64,000 nucleotides of DNA, taken from assembly GCA_016223245.1 (NCBI GenBank), contig JACRPL010000003.1, positions 74,078 through 138,077 on the forward strand, given 5' to 3'. Positions within the stretch are counted from its first letter, which is position 1. Each line of letters opens with the position of its first letter. Of the stretch, positions 11,869-22,135 are shown piece by piece. The position numbers were made by a program, and so were the translations under genes. The notes beneath the pieces were generated by a model that worked only from the letters and a program-made list of their open reading frames with translations, searched no databases and was not told the DNA's origin. This stretch comes from Candidatus Saganbacteria bacterium (lineage in GTDB: Bacteria; Margulisbacteria; WOR-1; XYC2-FULL-46-14; XYC2-FULL-37-10).

Positions 11869-13074
11869 ATGAGAATTACCAATCTTCAAAACATACTTTC
11901 GAGCTGCAAAGTTCGGCATCGTTTGACAGATTTGAATGCTTTAGGGCGGTTTAACCATGAAAGAGCCGCTGAAGTTTTGAAAAGAAAATCTCTTTATAGA
12001 GCTTTTTCAGATCTGGGGATGTCCTCGTCGTTTGGCACTCCTTCATATAATACAGGTTTAAGTGGTTTTATTAGGGCTGAAGATTGCGATAATGCGAATA
12101 ATGAAAGAGAAGTACAAAGGATGTTCGATCGATTCGATGGAATGCGAAAAAAAAGTGACGCAACTTCCCCTCAAATTGATATTTCAACATTGCTTCGCCA
12201 TGGAAACATTGGCATTCCCGATGAGGTGGAGATAAAGTCCGCAGCAAAATTATTGCAAATAATTTCATGTTTTGAGATGGATGAGCAAAATATAGCAATG
12301 ATGATGCTTAGCCTGCAGGCAGATCTTGGCGAGTTATCGGATGATACGCGCCTTGTTCCCTTATGTTTAATAACAGAAAAAGTTTTTCCTGAAGAATTCG
12401 GCAGATCGGAGCTATCACGCTATTTTGATGGATATTTTAGGGCCCAAAGCGACAAATTGTTCGATAATATTGCAACAAAGCGCGGAGACTTCGCCGGTTT
12501 GGGAAATGTTTTGGACGCAATGCGGGCAATTAAAAGGGAATTATTTTGTCCAAGAGAAGAGGCGATTTATGCTTATAATAATTCACCTTTACCGATCGGA
12601 TCAGGGCAAACCATATCCCAGCCCGAGATCGTTGCCATTATGACTGCTTTGCTTGATCTGCACGGGACGGAACGTGTTCTTGAGATCGGGACCGGATCAG
12701 GCTACCAGGCGGCTGTACTATCGCGGCTGGCGCGGGAAGTTTATACGATCGAAAGGTTTCCCGGACTCGCGGAAAAGGCAAAAATAGTTTTAAAACAAAT
12801 AGGGGCAGACAATGTTGCCGTAATAGTCGGCAATGGAATATCGGGTTCGATCGAGAAGGCTCCCTTTGACCGAATACTTGTAACCGCAATGGCCGACCAT
12901 ATTCCGGAGGCCCTCCTTGGCCAGCTAAAGGAGGGAGGTCGAATGGTAATACCTGTTGCAAAACAAAAAGGCGGCAACTTTGGCATGCTTAACATGATCG
13001 ATCGCCGCGGCGGGGAAATATTGGTCAAGGAAATATTATTATGTGCTTTTGTCGAGCTGGTGAATGAAGGGTAG
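11869..13074 (+). CDS. pcm: protein-L-isoaspartate O-methyltransferase domain with ~220-aa N-terminal extension of unknown function
   Basis: C-terminal 180 aa match PCMT (GSGQTISQPEIVAIM, LEIGTGSGYQAAVLS); N-terminal 220 aa unrecognised; GAGGGA RBS 7 nt before ATG. Confidence 0.65.
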   Translation: MRITNLQNILSSCKVRHRLTDLNALGRFNHERAAEVLKRKSLYRAFSDLGMSSSFGTPSYNTGLSGFIRAEDCDNANNEREVQRMFDRFDGMRKKSDATSPQIDISTLLRHGNIGIPDEVEIKSAAKLLQIISCFEMDEQNIAMMMLSLQADLGELSDDTRLVPLCLITEKVFPEEFGRSELSRYFDGYFRAQSDKLFDNIATKRGDFAGLGNVLDAMRAIKRELFCPREEAIYAYNNSPLPIGSGQTISQPEIVAIMTALLDLHGTERVLEIGTGSGYQAAVLSRLAREVYTIERFPGLAEKAKIVLKQIGADNVAVIVGNGISGSIEKAPFDRILVTAMADHIPEALLGQLKEGGRMVIPVAKQKGGNFGMLNMIDRRGGEILVKEILLCAFVELVNEG

Positions 13075-13130
13075 CCTTCGCGACCTGTCCGGCGGAGTTC
13101 GGGCGAAGGAGGATTGCGGGGCTTTTTTTG
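13075..13130 (+). terminator. putative intrinsic terminator after pcm
   Basis: CCTTCGC...GCGAAGG stem followed a few nt later by GCGGGGCTTTTTTT. Confidence 0.35.
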
Positions 13131-13139
13131 AAAATTTAT

Positions 13140-13611
13140 TGCCGCCTAGGCATGCTTGCCGGTTCTGCTGTAGTAATTTTTGGCTTCATCATGAATGAAC
13201 GACCAATCGAAATCGACCAGTTTAACCAGGATATGAGACGCATAATTGTTCTTGACGTTTTTGGTGAATTCCGCCTCGAAAAGATTTCCGCCGAAACCTT
13301 TTAACTCCTTGAACATAAGACACCTCCTGAATAAGATAAAACAATTATAGCAAACGAGAAAAAGCCGGAAATTCAAGCAGGAGAGAAGCCAATAGAAGTT
13401 GGCAAAATTTCAACAAAGATTTCAAAAAATATTTTTATCGCAATGACAAGATTATTTATCGGCTTTTAAGCTGAATTAGAATAGGGCTTGAGCTCAGTGG
13501 GCTTGACAAGTTATAATGCTATTAGCAAAAGGGCACGAGGAAACCGCGACGCTTGTCCCGATTCCCACATCGGGATTTAGTCGCAGGTTTCCGAGTTGCT
13601 AACTGGTCTCA
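13140..13611 (-). mobile_element. IS5/IS1182-like insertion sequence remnant, copy A (left end + 5' UTR + first 76 codons of transposase)
   Basis: Near-identical to 32095-32510 of copy B; ends in ...GGTCTCA (IRL TGAGACC on the minus strand); transposase truncated at 13146. Confidence 0.6.
13146..13376 (-). pseudogene. transposase N-terminal fragment (DUF772-like, IS5/IS1182 family)
   Basis: MFKELKGFGGNLFEAEFTKNVKNNYASHILVKLVDFDWSFI, nearly identical to the N-terminus of the 31705-32244 ORF; 76 codons only. Confidence 0.55.
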
Positions 13612-13635
13612 ATTAGTACCAATTGGAGGATATCC

Positions 13636-13878
13636 ATGACAAAAGTTAAAATTAAGGATATTTATAAATTTATCTTAAAAGTCTTCCCTAGTACGCCAAA
13701 CGGGGATTTGTTGGTTGATGTAGAAAATGGCAACAAAATAATATTATCTTCGCCTAATAAAGGTGGTATTGTCAGCAAAACATCCGGTATTTTAAAAATA
13801 AAGACTAATGGCATTCAATTTGAAAACAAATTGCGCCGTTCGGCGAAGAAACGTTTAAAAAGGGAAGTTTCAAAATAA
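13636..13878 (+). CDS. putative VapB-type antitoxin (unrecognised fold), 4 nt upstream of vapC
   Basis: 80 aa basic C-terminus, tightly coupled to the PIN gene; assignment is by position only. Confidence 0.35.
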   Translation: MTKVKIKDIYKFILKVFPSTPNGDLLVDVENGNKIILSSPNKGGIVSKTSGILKIKTNGIQFENKLRRSAKKRLKREVSK

Positions 13879-13881
13879 GTA

Positions 13882-14253
13882 ATGCTTATTGATACCAATA
13901 TTATTATCGACCATCTTCGTGGAGAAGAAAAAGCTTCAGCACTTCTTTCAAAAATAGAAAATGGGATAATAAAAGGGTATATCTCTACGATAGTTGAAGC
14001 AGAGGTCTTGTCCGGTTTCCATCTAAATGCAAGAAAAGTCGAAGAAATTAATAAACTATTAAGCATATTTCAGAGAATTGAAATTGATTCTGAAATTGCT
14101 CAAATAGGAGCAGAGTTTAGGCGCAAATATAGATGCGATTTAATAGATGGCTTGATCGCCGCATGCGCTTGGAAAATGGGAGTAGAGTTGGTTACAAGAA
14201 ATATCCGCCACTTTATTAACATAAAAGAAATTTCTCTGCATCATTTGGATTAG
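13882..14253 (+). CDS. vapC: PIN-domain ribonuclease toxin VapC
   Basis: 123 aa; MLIDTNIIID (Asp5), E40, LIDGLIAA (Asp ~97): canonical PIN acidic residues. Confidence 0.75.
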   Translation: MLIDTNIIIDHLRGEEKASALLSKIENGIIKGYISTIVEAEVLSGFHLNARKVEEINKLLSIFQRIEIDSEIAQIGAEFRRKYRCDLIDGLIAACAWKMGVELVTRNIRHFINIKEISLHHLD

Positions 14254-14264
14254 AAGTTTTATCT

Positions 14265-17200
14265 ATGCAATATAATAATTTTCCAAAAAAACAAGGCCTT
14301 TACGATCCCTCATACGAACATGACAGCTGTGGAGTCGGGTTTTTATGCGATATAAAGGGCAAAAAATCGAACGCAACGGTTTTACAATCCCTTGAGGCAT
14401 TAAGACGGCTTGCTCATCGCGGGGCTACCGGAGCCGACCCAAAAACTGGCGATGGAGCAGGTATTTTGCTTCAAATCCCTCATGATTTCTTAGTCCACGA
14501 ATGTTCTAAGTTAAAGATCGATCTTCCTCAAAGCGGATCTTACGGCACAGGAACTATTTTCTTTCCAAAAGATAAAAAAGACAGGGAATTTTGCAAAGAT
14601 GTGTTCAAGAAAGCCATCGAAGCCGCAGGGCAGAAGCTTTTAGGTTACAGGGACGTTCCTCTTGATAACTCGGTAATTGGCGAAACTGCAAAGCTTACAG
14701 AGCCTGTAATTGAGCAAATCTTTATTGGGAAAGGTCCCTCGACTTCGCTCGGGGTAAACTCCGATGCAGAAAATGAACAATTGGATTTTGGACGAAAGCT
14801 CTATGTAATTCGTAAAGAAGTCGAAACAACGATCCGAAATTCTAGCACCAAACAGAAGTTATTTTTCTATATTACAAATATTTCTTCAAGAACTATGCTT
14901 TATAAAGGATTACTCATGCCGGATCAGGTCGAAAACTTCTTTCTTGACCTGAAAGACCCAAGAATTGTTTCAGCTTTATGCCTTGTCCACTCCCGTTATA
15001 GTACAAATACGTTTCCAACATGGGACCTGGCCCAGCCATTCAGATTTCTTGCCCATAACGGCGAAATAAATACTCTTCGCGGGAATATTAATTGGATGAG
15101 AGCTCGCGAAGGGCTTCTAAAGAGTGAAATGTTCGGATCCGACATCGAAAAATTGAAACCCATTATTGTTCCGGGCGGATCGGATTCTGCCGCGATCGAT
15201 AATGCCTTGGAATTATTGATCTTGTCAGGACGAAGTTTGCCGCATTCAATGATGATGCTTATCCCCGGTGCTTGGGAGCAGAACAAACTGATGGATGAAG
15301 GGTTGAAGGATTTTTATAAATTTCATGCTTGCTTTATGGAGCCATGGGACGGTCCAGCCGCTATGGCTTTTACCGATGGTACAAGAATAGGGGCTTTACT
15401 TGATAGGAACGGATTGCGTCCAGCAAGATACCTGATCACAAAAGATGATAAAGTCTTGATGGCTTCCGAGCTTGGCGTTTTGGACATCGATCCAAAAAAT
15501 ATAAAAGTTTCGGGCCGTCTCGAGCCTGGTAAGATCTTCTTTATCGACACGGAAGAAGGCCGCATTGTAAATGACCATGAAGTCAAGAAAACAATGTCGG
15601 AGAGAAAGCCTTACAGGAAATGGCTTACTGATAATTTAGTGGATCTTGACCAACTCACCCCATCCCTCGCTTCGTTCGGGTTTCCCCCTCTCTTAATAAG
15701 AGAGGGGGATAAAAGGGGTGAGTTATTAACCGAATTGAGTGCTTTCGGCTACACGAGGGAAGACTTAAAGATCGTGATTAAACCTATGGCTGAAACCGGG
15801 AAAGAGCCTATTGGATCGATGGGGAATGATACCCCGATCTCGGTGCTTTCAAAACATTCGCAAAGCCTTTACTCGTACTTTAAGCAATTATTCGCGCAGG
15901 TTACAAATCCACCGATCGATCCTATCCGTGAAGAATGCGTAATGGGGCTTGATAGTTTTGTCGGGTCCCAAAAGAATATTCTCGATGAGACCCCGGAGCA
16001 TTGCCAAAAATTATACGTAAAGCATCCGATATTGACAAATGACGACCTAAATAAAATTGTTGATATCAATATAAATGGATTTAAGACAAAAATCATCTCG
16101 ATCTTGTTCCCAATAAATGACAAGAATAATTTGGTCAAAGCATTGGATAATATTTGTACCGATGCTGTTAAAGCGATAAAAGATGGTTATTCTTTCATAG
16201 TTTTATCCGATAGGGGAGTCGGCAAAGAGAAAGCCGCGATACCCGCATTGCTTGCGGTTGGCGCAGTCCATCAGCATTTGATTAAAAATGCGATGCGTAC
16301 ACAGATCGGCATAATTCTTGAATCCGGCGAACCTCGAGAGGTCCATCATTTTGGCGTTCTGTTCGGATTTGGAGCCGACTGCATCAATCCTTATTTGGCT
16401 TATGAAGTTGTCGAATATTTGATAACCGATAAACAATTAGATATTGATCCGGATATTGCATTGAAGAACTATCGCAAATCAATTGATGCCGGCATGCTTA
16501 AGATCCTCTCAAAAATGGGAATTTCAACTTTGCAAAGTTATCGTGGAGCTCAAATATTTGAAGCGCTTGGAATATCCGACGAAGTAATCGAAAAATGCTT
16601 TACAGGGACGACTTCTCGCATAGGCGGCGTAACGTTTGAAACAATAGCAATAGAAATTTTAGAAAAACATCGAATTGCATATCCAAAAAGGGAAGAAAGC
16701 GGAAGAATTCTTCCTCCGGGAGGCCTATATCAATTCCGCCGCGACGGCGAATTCCATCTTTGGAACCCGGAAAGCATCTCCGCGATCCAGGATGCCGCGA
16801 AAAAAAATGATCACGCAAGGTATAAAGAATTTGCAGCTCTTATAAACGATCAATCTAAGAATCCGACAACTATCAGGGGCGTATTGAAGTTTAAGAAGAC
16901 AAACCCAATTCTGATTGAGTCCGTTGAGCCTATTGGATCTATTTTAAAACGTTTTGTAACAGGGGCCATGAGCTTTGGCTCTATCAGCCGCGGTGCGCAT
17001 GAAACTTTAGCCATTGCCATGAACCATATCCATGGCAGGTCAAATACAGGCGAAGGAGGGGAAGACCCTGCAAGGTTCGCCGACAATAGAAGGTCTGCTG
17101 TCAAGCAAGTAGCTTCCGGCCGTTTTGGCGTCACTACTAACTATTTGGTTAATGCAGATGAGATACAAATAAAGATGGCGCAGGGAGCTAAGCCTGGCGA

Positions 17201-18833
17201 GGGCGGACAGCTTCCCGGCCATAAGGTTTCTGCGATCATAGCAAAAACTCGATACACGACGCAAGGGGTTACTTTAATATCTCCTCCGCCGCACCATGAT
17301 ATTTATTCGATTGAAGACTTGGCACAACTGATATTCGATCTAAAAAATGTCAATCCAAGAGCCATGATTTCAGTAAAACTTGTATCCGAGATCGGGGTTG
17401 GAACTGTTGCCGCCGGTGTCGCTAAAGGCCATGCCGATATGATCTTGGTTTCAGGCGGTGATGGAGGAACAGGGGCATCTCCAATAAGCTCAATTAAACA
17501 TGCCGGGCTTCCCTGGGAGCTTGGGATATCGGAAACCCATCAAACATTGGTATTAAATGATCTGCGATCCCGTGTCAGGCTCCAAACCGATGGCCAAATG
17601 AGGACAGGGCGAGATGTGGCTATCGCCGCGATACTTGGCGCCGAAGAATACGGTTTTTGTACGGCTGCACTGATCGTTATGGGATGCGTAATGCTGCGCC
17701 ACTGCCATTTAAACAACTGTTCAGTTGGAGTTGCGACCCAAGACGATATCTTGGAAGCAAAATTTGCAGGGAATCCGGATCACGTTGTAAATTATTTCAC
17801 TTTCATAGCTTCAGAATTGAGGGAAATAATGGCAAGCCTTGGAATTTCTAAGATCGACGATCTTGTGGGGCGCGTTGACCTGCTTGAAACAAATACGGGC
17901 ATTTTATCTTGGAAATCAAAAGATATCGATCTTTCAAAGGTCCTTTATAAGCCGGAAATCCAAAATAATGTCGGGATCTATCGCACAAAAGAACAGGATC
18001 ACGGCATTGACAATGTATTGGACAGGAAATTGATCAAAATTTCTAAACCTGCATTGAACAGCAGGAAGGCGGTCTTGGAAGAACTTAAGATACAAAACGT
18101 CAACAGGACCACGGGCGCTATGCTTTCCGGTGAAATCTGCAAGCGTTTTGGCGAATCGGGTCTTCCGGATGATACTATTAAATTTAAATTCAATGGTGTT
18201 GCGGGACAAAGTTTTGGCGCATTTTTGGCTAAAGGCGCGACTTTTGAACTCGAGGGCTTTGCGAACGATTATGTCGGCAAAGGGATATCCGGAGGAAAAG
18301 TTATTATTTATCCCGATAAGAACACCGGCTACAAGCCCGATGAAAATATTTTGATCGGCAATACTGCATTTTACGGCGCAATAAATGGCGAAGCATATAT
18401 TAAAGGCGTTGCGGGCGAGAGATTCTGCATCAGGAATTCCGGCCTTAATGGCGTCGTTGAAGGCGTTGGTGACCATGGATGCGAATATATGACCGGCGGG
18501 CACATTGTAATATTGGGCGCGACCGGACGCAATTTCGGCGCAGGGATGTCCGGCGGCGTCGCTTATGTTTATGATCTAGACAAAAAATTCAAGGACAGGT
18601 GCAATTTCGAGATGATAGAACTGCAGGAATTGGACGAAAGGGACCGCGTCGTCCTATACGACCTATTGAGAAAGCATCATTTGAACACGAATTCTCTGAA
18701 GGCGAAGTATATACTGGATAATTTGGACAAAGAAATAAAGAAATTCGTTAAAGTAATGCCCATCGAATATAAAAGGCTTTTAGAACAGAAAAAACTTGAA
18801 GAAAAATTAGCGCTAGACCAAGGAGCAGACTAA
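14265..18833 (+). CDS. gltB: glutamate synthase large subunit
   Basis: 1522 aa; N-terminal Cys1 amidotransferase (HDSCGVGF), central FMN/Fe-S domain, C-terminal GXGXG domain. Confidence 0.95.
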   Translation: MQYNNFPKKQGLYDPSYEHDSCGVGFLCDIKGKKSNATVLQSLEALRRLAHRGATGADPKTGDGAGILLQIPHDFLVHECSKLKIDLPQSGSYGTGTIFFPKDKKDREFCKDVFKKAIEAAGQKLLGYRDVPLDNSVIGETAKLTEPVIEQIFIGKGPSTSLGVNSDAENEQLDFGRKLYVIRKEVETTIRNSSTKQKLFFYITNISSRTMLYKGLLMPDQVENFFLDLKDPRIVSALCLVHSRYSTNTFPTWDLAQPFRFLAHNGEINTLRGNINWMRAREGLLKSEMFGSDIEKLKPIIVPGGSDSAAIDNALELLILSGRSLPHSMMMLIPGAWEQNKLMDEGLKDFYKFHACFMEPWDGPAAMAFTDGTRIGALLDRNGLRPARYLITKDDKVLMASELGVLDIDPKNIKVSGRLEPGKIFFIDTEEGRIVNDHEVKKTMSERKPYRKWLTDNLVDLDQLTPSLASFGFPPLLIREGDKRGELLTELSAFGYTREDLKIVIKPMAETGKEPIGSMGNDTPISVLSKHSQSLYSYFKQLFAQVTNPPIDPIREECVMGLDSFVGSQKNILDETPEHCQKLYVKHPILTNDDLNKIVDININGFKTKIISILFPINDKNNLVKALDNICTDAVKAIKDGYSFIVLSDRGVGKEKAAIPALLAVGAVHQHLIKNAMRTQIGIILESGEPREVHHFGVLFGFGADCINPYLAYEVVEYLITDKQLDIDPDIALKNYRKSIDAGMLKILSKMGISTLQSYRGAQIFEALGISDEVIEKCFTGTTSRIGGVTFETIAIEILEKHRIAYPKREESGRILPPGGLYQFRRDGEFHLWNPESISAIQDAAKKNDHARYKEFAALINDQSKNPTTIRGVLKFKKTNPILIESVEPIGSILKRFVTGAMSFGSISRGAHETLAIAMNHIHGRSNTGEGGEDPARFADNRRSAVKQVASGRFGVTTNYLVNADEIQIKMAQGAKPGEGGQLPGHKVSAIIAKTRYTTQGVTLISPPPHHDIYSIEDLAQLIFDLKNVNPRAMISVKLVSEIGVGTVAAGVAKGHADMILVSGGDGGTGASPISSIKHAGLPWELGISETHQTLVLNDLRSRVRLQTDGQMRTGRDVAIAAILGAEEYGFCTAALIVMGCVMLRHCHLNNCSVGVATQDDILEAKFAGNPDHVVNYFTFIASELREIMASLGISKIDDLVGRVDLLETNTGILSWKSKDIDLSKVLYKPEIQNNVGIYRTKEQDHGIDNVLDRKLIKISKPALNSRKAVLEELKIQNVNRTTGAMLSGEICKRFGESGLPDDTIKFKFNGVAGQSFGAFLAKGATFELEGFANDYVGKGISGGKVIIYPDKNTGYKPDENILIGNTAFYGAINGEAYIKGVAGERFCIRNSGLNGVVEGVGDHGCEYMTGGHIVILGATGRNFGAGMSGGVAYVYDLDKKFKDRCNFEMIELQELDERDRVVLYDLLRKHHLNTNSLKAKYILDNLDKEIKKFVKVMPIEYKRLLEQKKLEEKLALDQGAD
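15652..15724 (+). repeat. 73-bp palindromic element (TIR AACTCACCCC/GGGGTGAGTT), in-frame inside gltB
   Basis: Reverse complement of the intergenic copy at 26728-26800; encodes ...FGFPPLLIREGDKRGELL... within gltB. Confidence 0.7.
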
Positions 18834-20269
18834 TGGTTGGGGATCCAAGAGGATTTTTAAAAAACAAAAGGATCGCATCGGAATACCGTCCGGTTTGCGA
18901 ACGCGTAAAAGATTATAAACAGGTCTTTGTATTAAGGCCCGATGAAGTGACGCGCGAGCAAGCTCGCCGCTGTATGGATTGCGGAACGCCCTTTTGCCAT
19001 TCAGGATGTCCTATAGGCAATATTATCCCCGAATGGAATGAATTTATATATCACAATCAGTGGCAAAAAGCATTCGATATGCTTAATTCGACAAACAATC
19101 TTCCTGAAATTACCGGCCGTGTATGTCCTGCGCCATGTGAATATGCATGTGTATTAGGCATTAACAATGATCCGGTAACAATTCGTGAAAATGAGCTTGG
19201 AATAATCGAACATGCATTCAAGGAAGGCCTAATTAAAGCAAATCCGCCAAAAGTCCGCACAGGGAAATCAGTTGCTGTCGTAGGATCCGGTCCTGCTGGC
19301 CTTTCATGCGCCGCACAGCTAAATAGCGCAGGACATAAAATCACCGTTTTTGAAAGAGATGAGCAACTCGGCGGCATTATGCGCTATGGTATCCCTGATT
19401 TCAAACTCGAAAAGAGTGTCTTAGACCGAAGAATTGATATTTGGAAGCAGGAAGGCATTGAATTTAAGACAAACACTAATATTGGGAAAGATATTCCTGC
19501 AGAAAAGCTTACAAAAGAATTTGATGCCGTGTGTTTAACAGGCGGCGCGAAATTTCCAAGAGACCTTGCAATAGAAGGACGAAATCTTAAAGGCATTTAT
19601 TTCGCCATGGAATATTTAACCCAATCAAACAAACTTATTGCTGGTGCAAATATAACAGATCCGATTTCTGCAAAGGGAAAGAGTGTTGTAGTTATAGGCG
19701 GCGGCGATACGGGATCTGATTGTGTCGGAACAGCAAATAGGCAGGGAGCTTCATGCGTTGTTCAAATTGAATTAATGCCTATGCCTTCAAAAGATAGGAC
19801 TGAAAACTTCACATGGCCTAAATATCCTTTAATTCTAAAGACTTCTTCAAGCCACGAAGAAGGTGTTACCCGAAAGTGGTCAATTATGACAAAGTCATTT
19901 AAGGGTCAAGGCCATGCCTACCGGCAGGCAGGGTCAAGGGTAATGGGGCTTGAATGTATGCAAGTCGATGAAAAATTGAAAGAGATACCAGGGACAGAAT
20001 TTGAGATCAAAGCTGATCTCGTTTTTCTTGCTTTGGGTTTCTTGGGGCCTGAAAAAACAGGAATGATAACCGAGCTTAGGCTGGAACTCGATCCAAGGTC
20101 AAATATTAAGACCGATGCTAATTATATGACATCGCGCAAAGGCGTGTTCTCGGCAGGAGATATGCGCCGTGGACAATCGCTAATTGTTTGGGCGATATCT
20201 GAAGGGCGCAAGGCCGCGCGGTTAATCGATGAATACTTGGTCGGCGATTCAACTCTGCCTATAATGTAG
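18833..20269 (+). CDS. gltD: glutamate synthase small (NADPH) subunit
   Basis: 478 aa; two Cys clusters and VAVVGSGPAGLSCAAQL FAD/NAD fold; ATG overlaps the gltB stop. Confidence 0.9.
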   Translation: MVGDPRGFLKNKRIASEYRPVCERVKDYKQVFVLRPDEVTREQARRCMDCGTPFCHSGCPIGNIIPEWNEFIYHNQWQKAFDMLNSTNNLPEITGRVCPAPCEYACVLGINNDPVTIRENELGIIEHAFKEGLIKANPPKVRTGKSVAVVGSGPAGLSCAAQLNSAGHKITVFERDEQLGGIMRYGIPDFKLEKSVLDRRIDIWKQEGIEFKTNTNIGKDIPAEKLTKEFDAVCLTGGAKFPRDLAIEGRNLKGIYFAMEYLTQSNKLIAGANITDPISAKGKSVVVIGGGDTGSDCVGTANRQGASCVVQIELMPMPSKDRTENFTWPKYPLILKTSSSHEEGVTRKWSIMTKSFKGQGHAYRQAGSRVMGLECMQVDEKLKEIPGTEFEIKADLVFLALGFLGPEKTGMITELRLELDPRSNIKTDANYMTSRKGVFSAGDMRRGQSLIVWAISEGRKAARLIDEYLVGDSTLPIM

Positions 20270-20312
20270 AAGTCCCGTTGAAATTTTCAAATTTTTCTCA
20301 AGATATACTAAT

Positions 20313-21134
20313 ATGCTTACTGTTTTACATGTAAATACGGCATCCGCCTTAAGGATGAGCGAAACTTTATTCGAGGCTCTGGCTCCGAAAGTATCGCTGA
20401 GGTTCAGGCCATTGCTCAATCCTTATCATCCGCTCCAGACAAAGCTTCGTGAAATAATGCCCGGCGCATATATCCATAGTTTATGCGTTGGGTCTGCCGC
20501 GGCAATAGCCGCAAGCCACATTGGCGCAAATGCAGATCTTGCAAGATGCATCGGGATTTACCATGATACGGGAAAGCTCGCTAATCCGGATTTTTTTGCA
20601 GGCGCAGTTTCCGGCGACAGGCTTCAGGCTCTAACAATAAAGGACAAGCAAGAATTGGCATTATTGCTCCTTCATCCATGGAATTCAGCCAGAATTCTTG
20701 GCCAATATCAGGGGTTTCCTCCCAAGGTTTTGGAAGGTGTTGAACAGCATCACGGCCGCATGCGGACGTATGCCAATATTGGCGCTGCATTATTGGGAAC
20801 AATAACAGAGCCCGACCTGCATTACCCGGGGACTCTGCCAACAACCAAAGAAGCGGCCCTTGTGATGATAGCCGATAACTCGGAAGCGTATCTTGCCAAA
20901 TTGTACAGGGATAATAGGATACCAAATGATCCTACCAGGAAATTCTTTCGAGGTGTTGTCCATAAGGTTATACTTGATTTGATGGGGACAAATCAATTTT
21001 CCAACAGCCATCTTACAATACCTGAGATCGAAAAAGCCGAAGGCATTATAATGTGGTTCTTTTATCGGTATTACAACGGCCTTCCCATAGACCACACCCC
21101 AGACCAGTTCCGCAAGCACGACCGCTCTGCGTAG
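20313..21134 (+). CDS. HD-domain phosphohydrolase-like protein
   Basis: 273 aa with YHDTGKL and later HH motif; visibly GC-richer codon usage than neighbours. Confidence 0.55.
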   Translation: MLTVLHVNTASALRMSETLFEALAPKVSLRFRPLLNPYHPLQTKLREIMPGAYIHSLCVGSAAAIAASHIGANADLARCIGIYHDTGKLANPDFFAGAVSGDRLQALTIKDKQELALLLLHPWNSARILGQYQGFPPKVLEGVEQHHGRMRTYANIGAALLGTITEPDLHYPGTLPTTKEAALVMIADNSEAYLAKLYRDNRIPNDPTRKFFRGVVHKVILDLMGTNQFSNSHLTIPEIEKAEGIIMWFFYRYYNGLPIDHTPDQFRKHDRSA

Positions 21135-21240
21135 CAGCGCCTCTAAGGCGCTGAAATTATAGCAAACGACCGAGCCTAAGAGGCTCGGCTACGCGGAGTA
21201 AGTAATCCTTTTTCTGCAGGCCATGATATAATTCTTACAA

Positions 21241-22125
21241 ATGAACAGGATATTGCATAAAGACAAGCTCTCGGAAAATACTTCAAAAATAATAGTTGAA
21301 ACTCCTCATATTGCAAATGCCGCAAAACCGGGACAGTTTATTGTCGTTGTGCCTACAGAGAAGGCCGAAAGGATCCCTTTGACCATAGCCGACCATGATA
21401 TTAAAAAGGGAACGATAACGATAATTTTTCAAATAATCGGGGCAACAACAAAAGTGTTGGATTCTCTAAAAGCCGGAAATGAAATTGCGCATCTTTTGGG
21501 TCCTTTGGGCGTTCCGTCCGAGATCGAAAAGTTCGGAAGGGTTGTCATTATCGGCGGTGGGGTTGGAATTGCCGAGATCTATCCTCTAGTTAAGTCGCTA
21601 AAAGAAACTGGCAATGAAGTCGTTTCGATAATTGGTGCTAGAAACAAAGACCTATTGATCTATGAAGAAGAACTTAGATTACAGAGCACGGATCTTCGGG
21701 TTGCAACTGATGACGGATCTTCTGGAATTAAGGGGTTCGTCTCGGATATCTTAATGGAAATGATCTCTAAAAAAGAGAAAATTGATAGGGTAATAGCCGT
21801 AGGGCCGACTCCGATGATGAAAGTCATATGTGATATCACAAAACCATATAAAATAAGGACGATTGTTTCGCTAAATACCCTAATGCTTGATGCAACAGGC
21901 ATGTGTGGTATTTGCAGGATAACTGTCGGCGGGAAAATTAAGTTTTCGTGCGTCGATGGCCCCGAATTTGACGGGCATGAAGTCGATTTTGTCGAATTAT
22001 CTTCTCGGTTAAGAATGTTTAAAGATGTTGAAAAGCAAGCAATGGATCATGTTTGCAGGCTTATGACCCCCACTGACCCTTCGGAACATCTCCCCATGGC
22101 TAAGGGGGAGAATGAGAGGGGGTAA
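21241..22125 (+). CDS. NfnA/SudB-like ferredoxin-NADP+ reductase subunit (PyrK family, FAD + 2Fe-2S)
   Basis: 294 aa; FAD/NAD binding pattern and C-terminal GMCGICR cluster. Confidence 0.7.
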   Translation: MNRILHKDKLSENTSKIIVETPHIANAAKPGQFIVVVPTEKAERIPLTIADHDIKKGTITIIFQIIGATTKVLDSLKAGNEIAHLLGPLGVPSEIEKFGRVVIIGGGVGIAEIYPLVKSLKETGNEVVSIIGARNKDLLIYEEELRLQSTDLRVATDDGSSGIKGFVSDILMEMISKKEKIDRVIAVGPTPMMKVICDITKPYKIRTIVSLNTLMLDATGMCGICRITVGGKIKFSCVDGPEFDGHEVDFVELSSRLRMFKDVEKQAMDHVCRLMTPTDPSEHLPMAKGENERG

Positions 22126-22135
22126 AAGGTTTACT

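Noticed and set aside
13501-13520. TTGACAagtTATAAT and TTAACAaggTATAAT in the IS 5' regions, which look like sigma-70 hexamers
   Set aside because: The -35-like and -10-like hexamers are separated by only 3 nt, so they cannot function together as a sigma-70 promoter. Possibly just an extended -10 element. Not called.
14996-18503. Numerous 60-190 aa minus-strand ORFs inside gltB (e.g. 14996-15286, 15323-15586, 17934-18503)
   Set aside because: Fully embedded antisense to a long, well-supported gltB reading frame; no RBS or domain signal. Treated as spurious.
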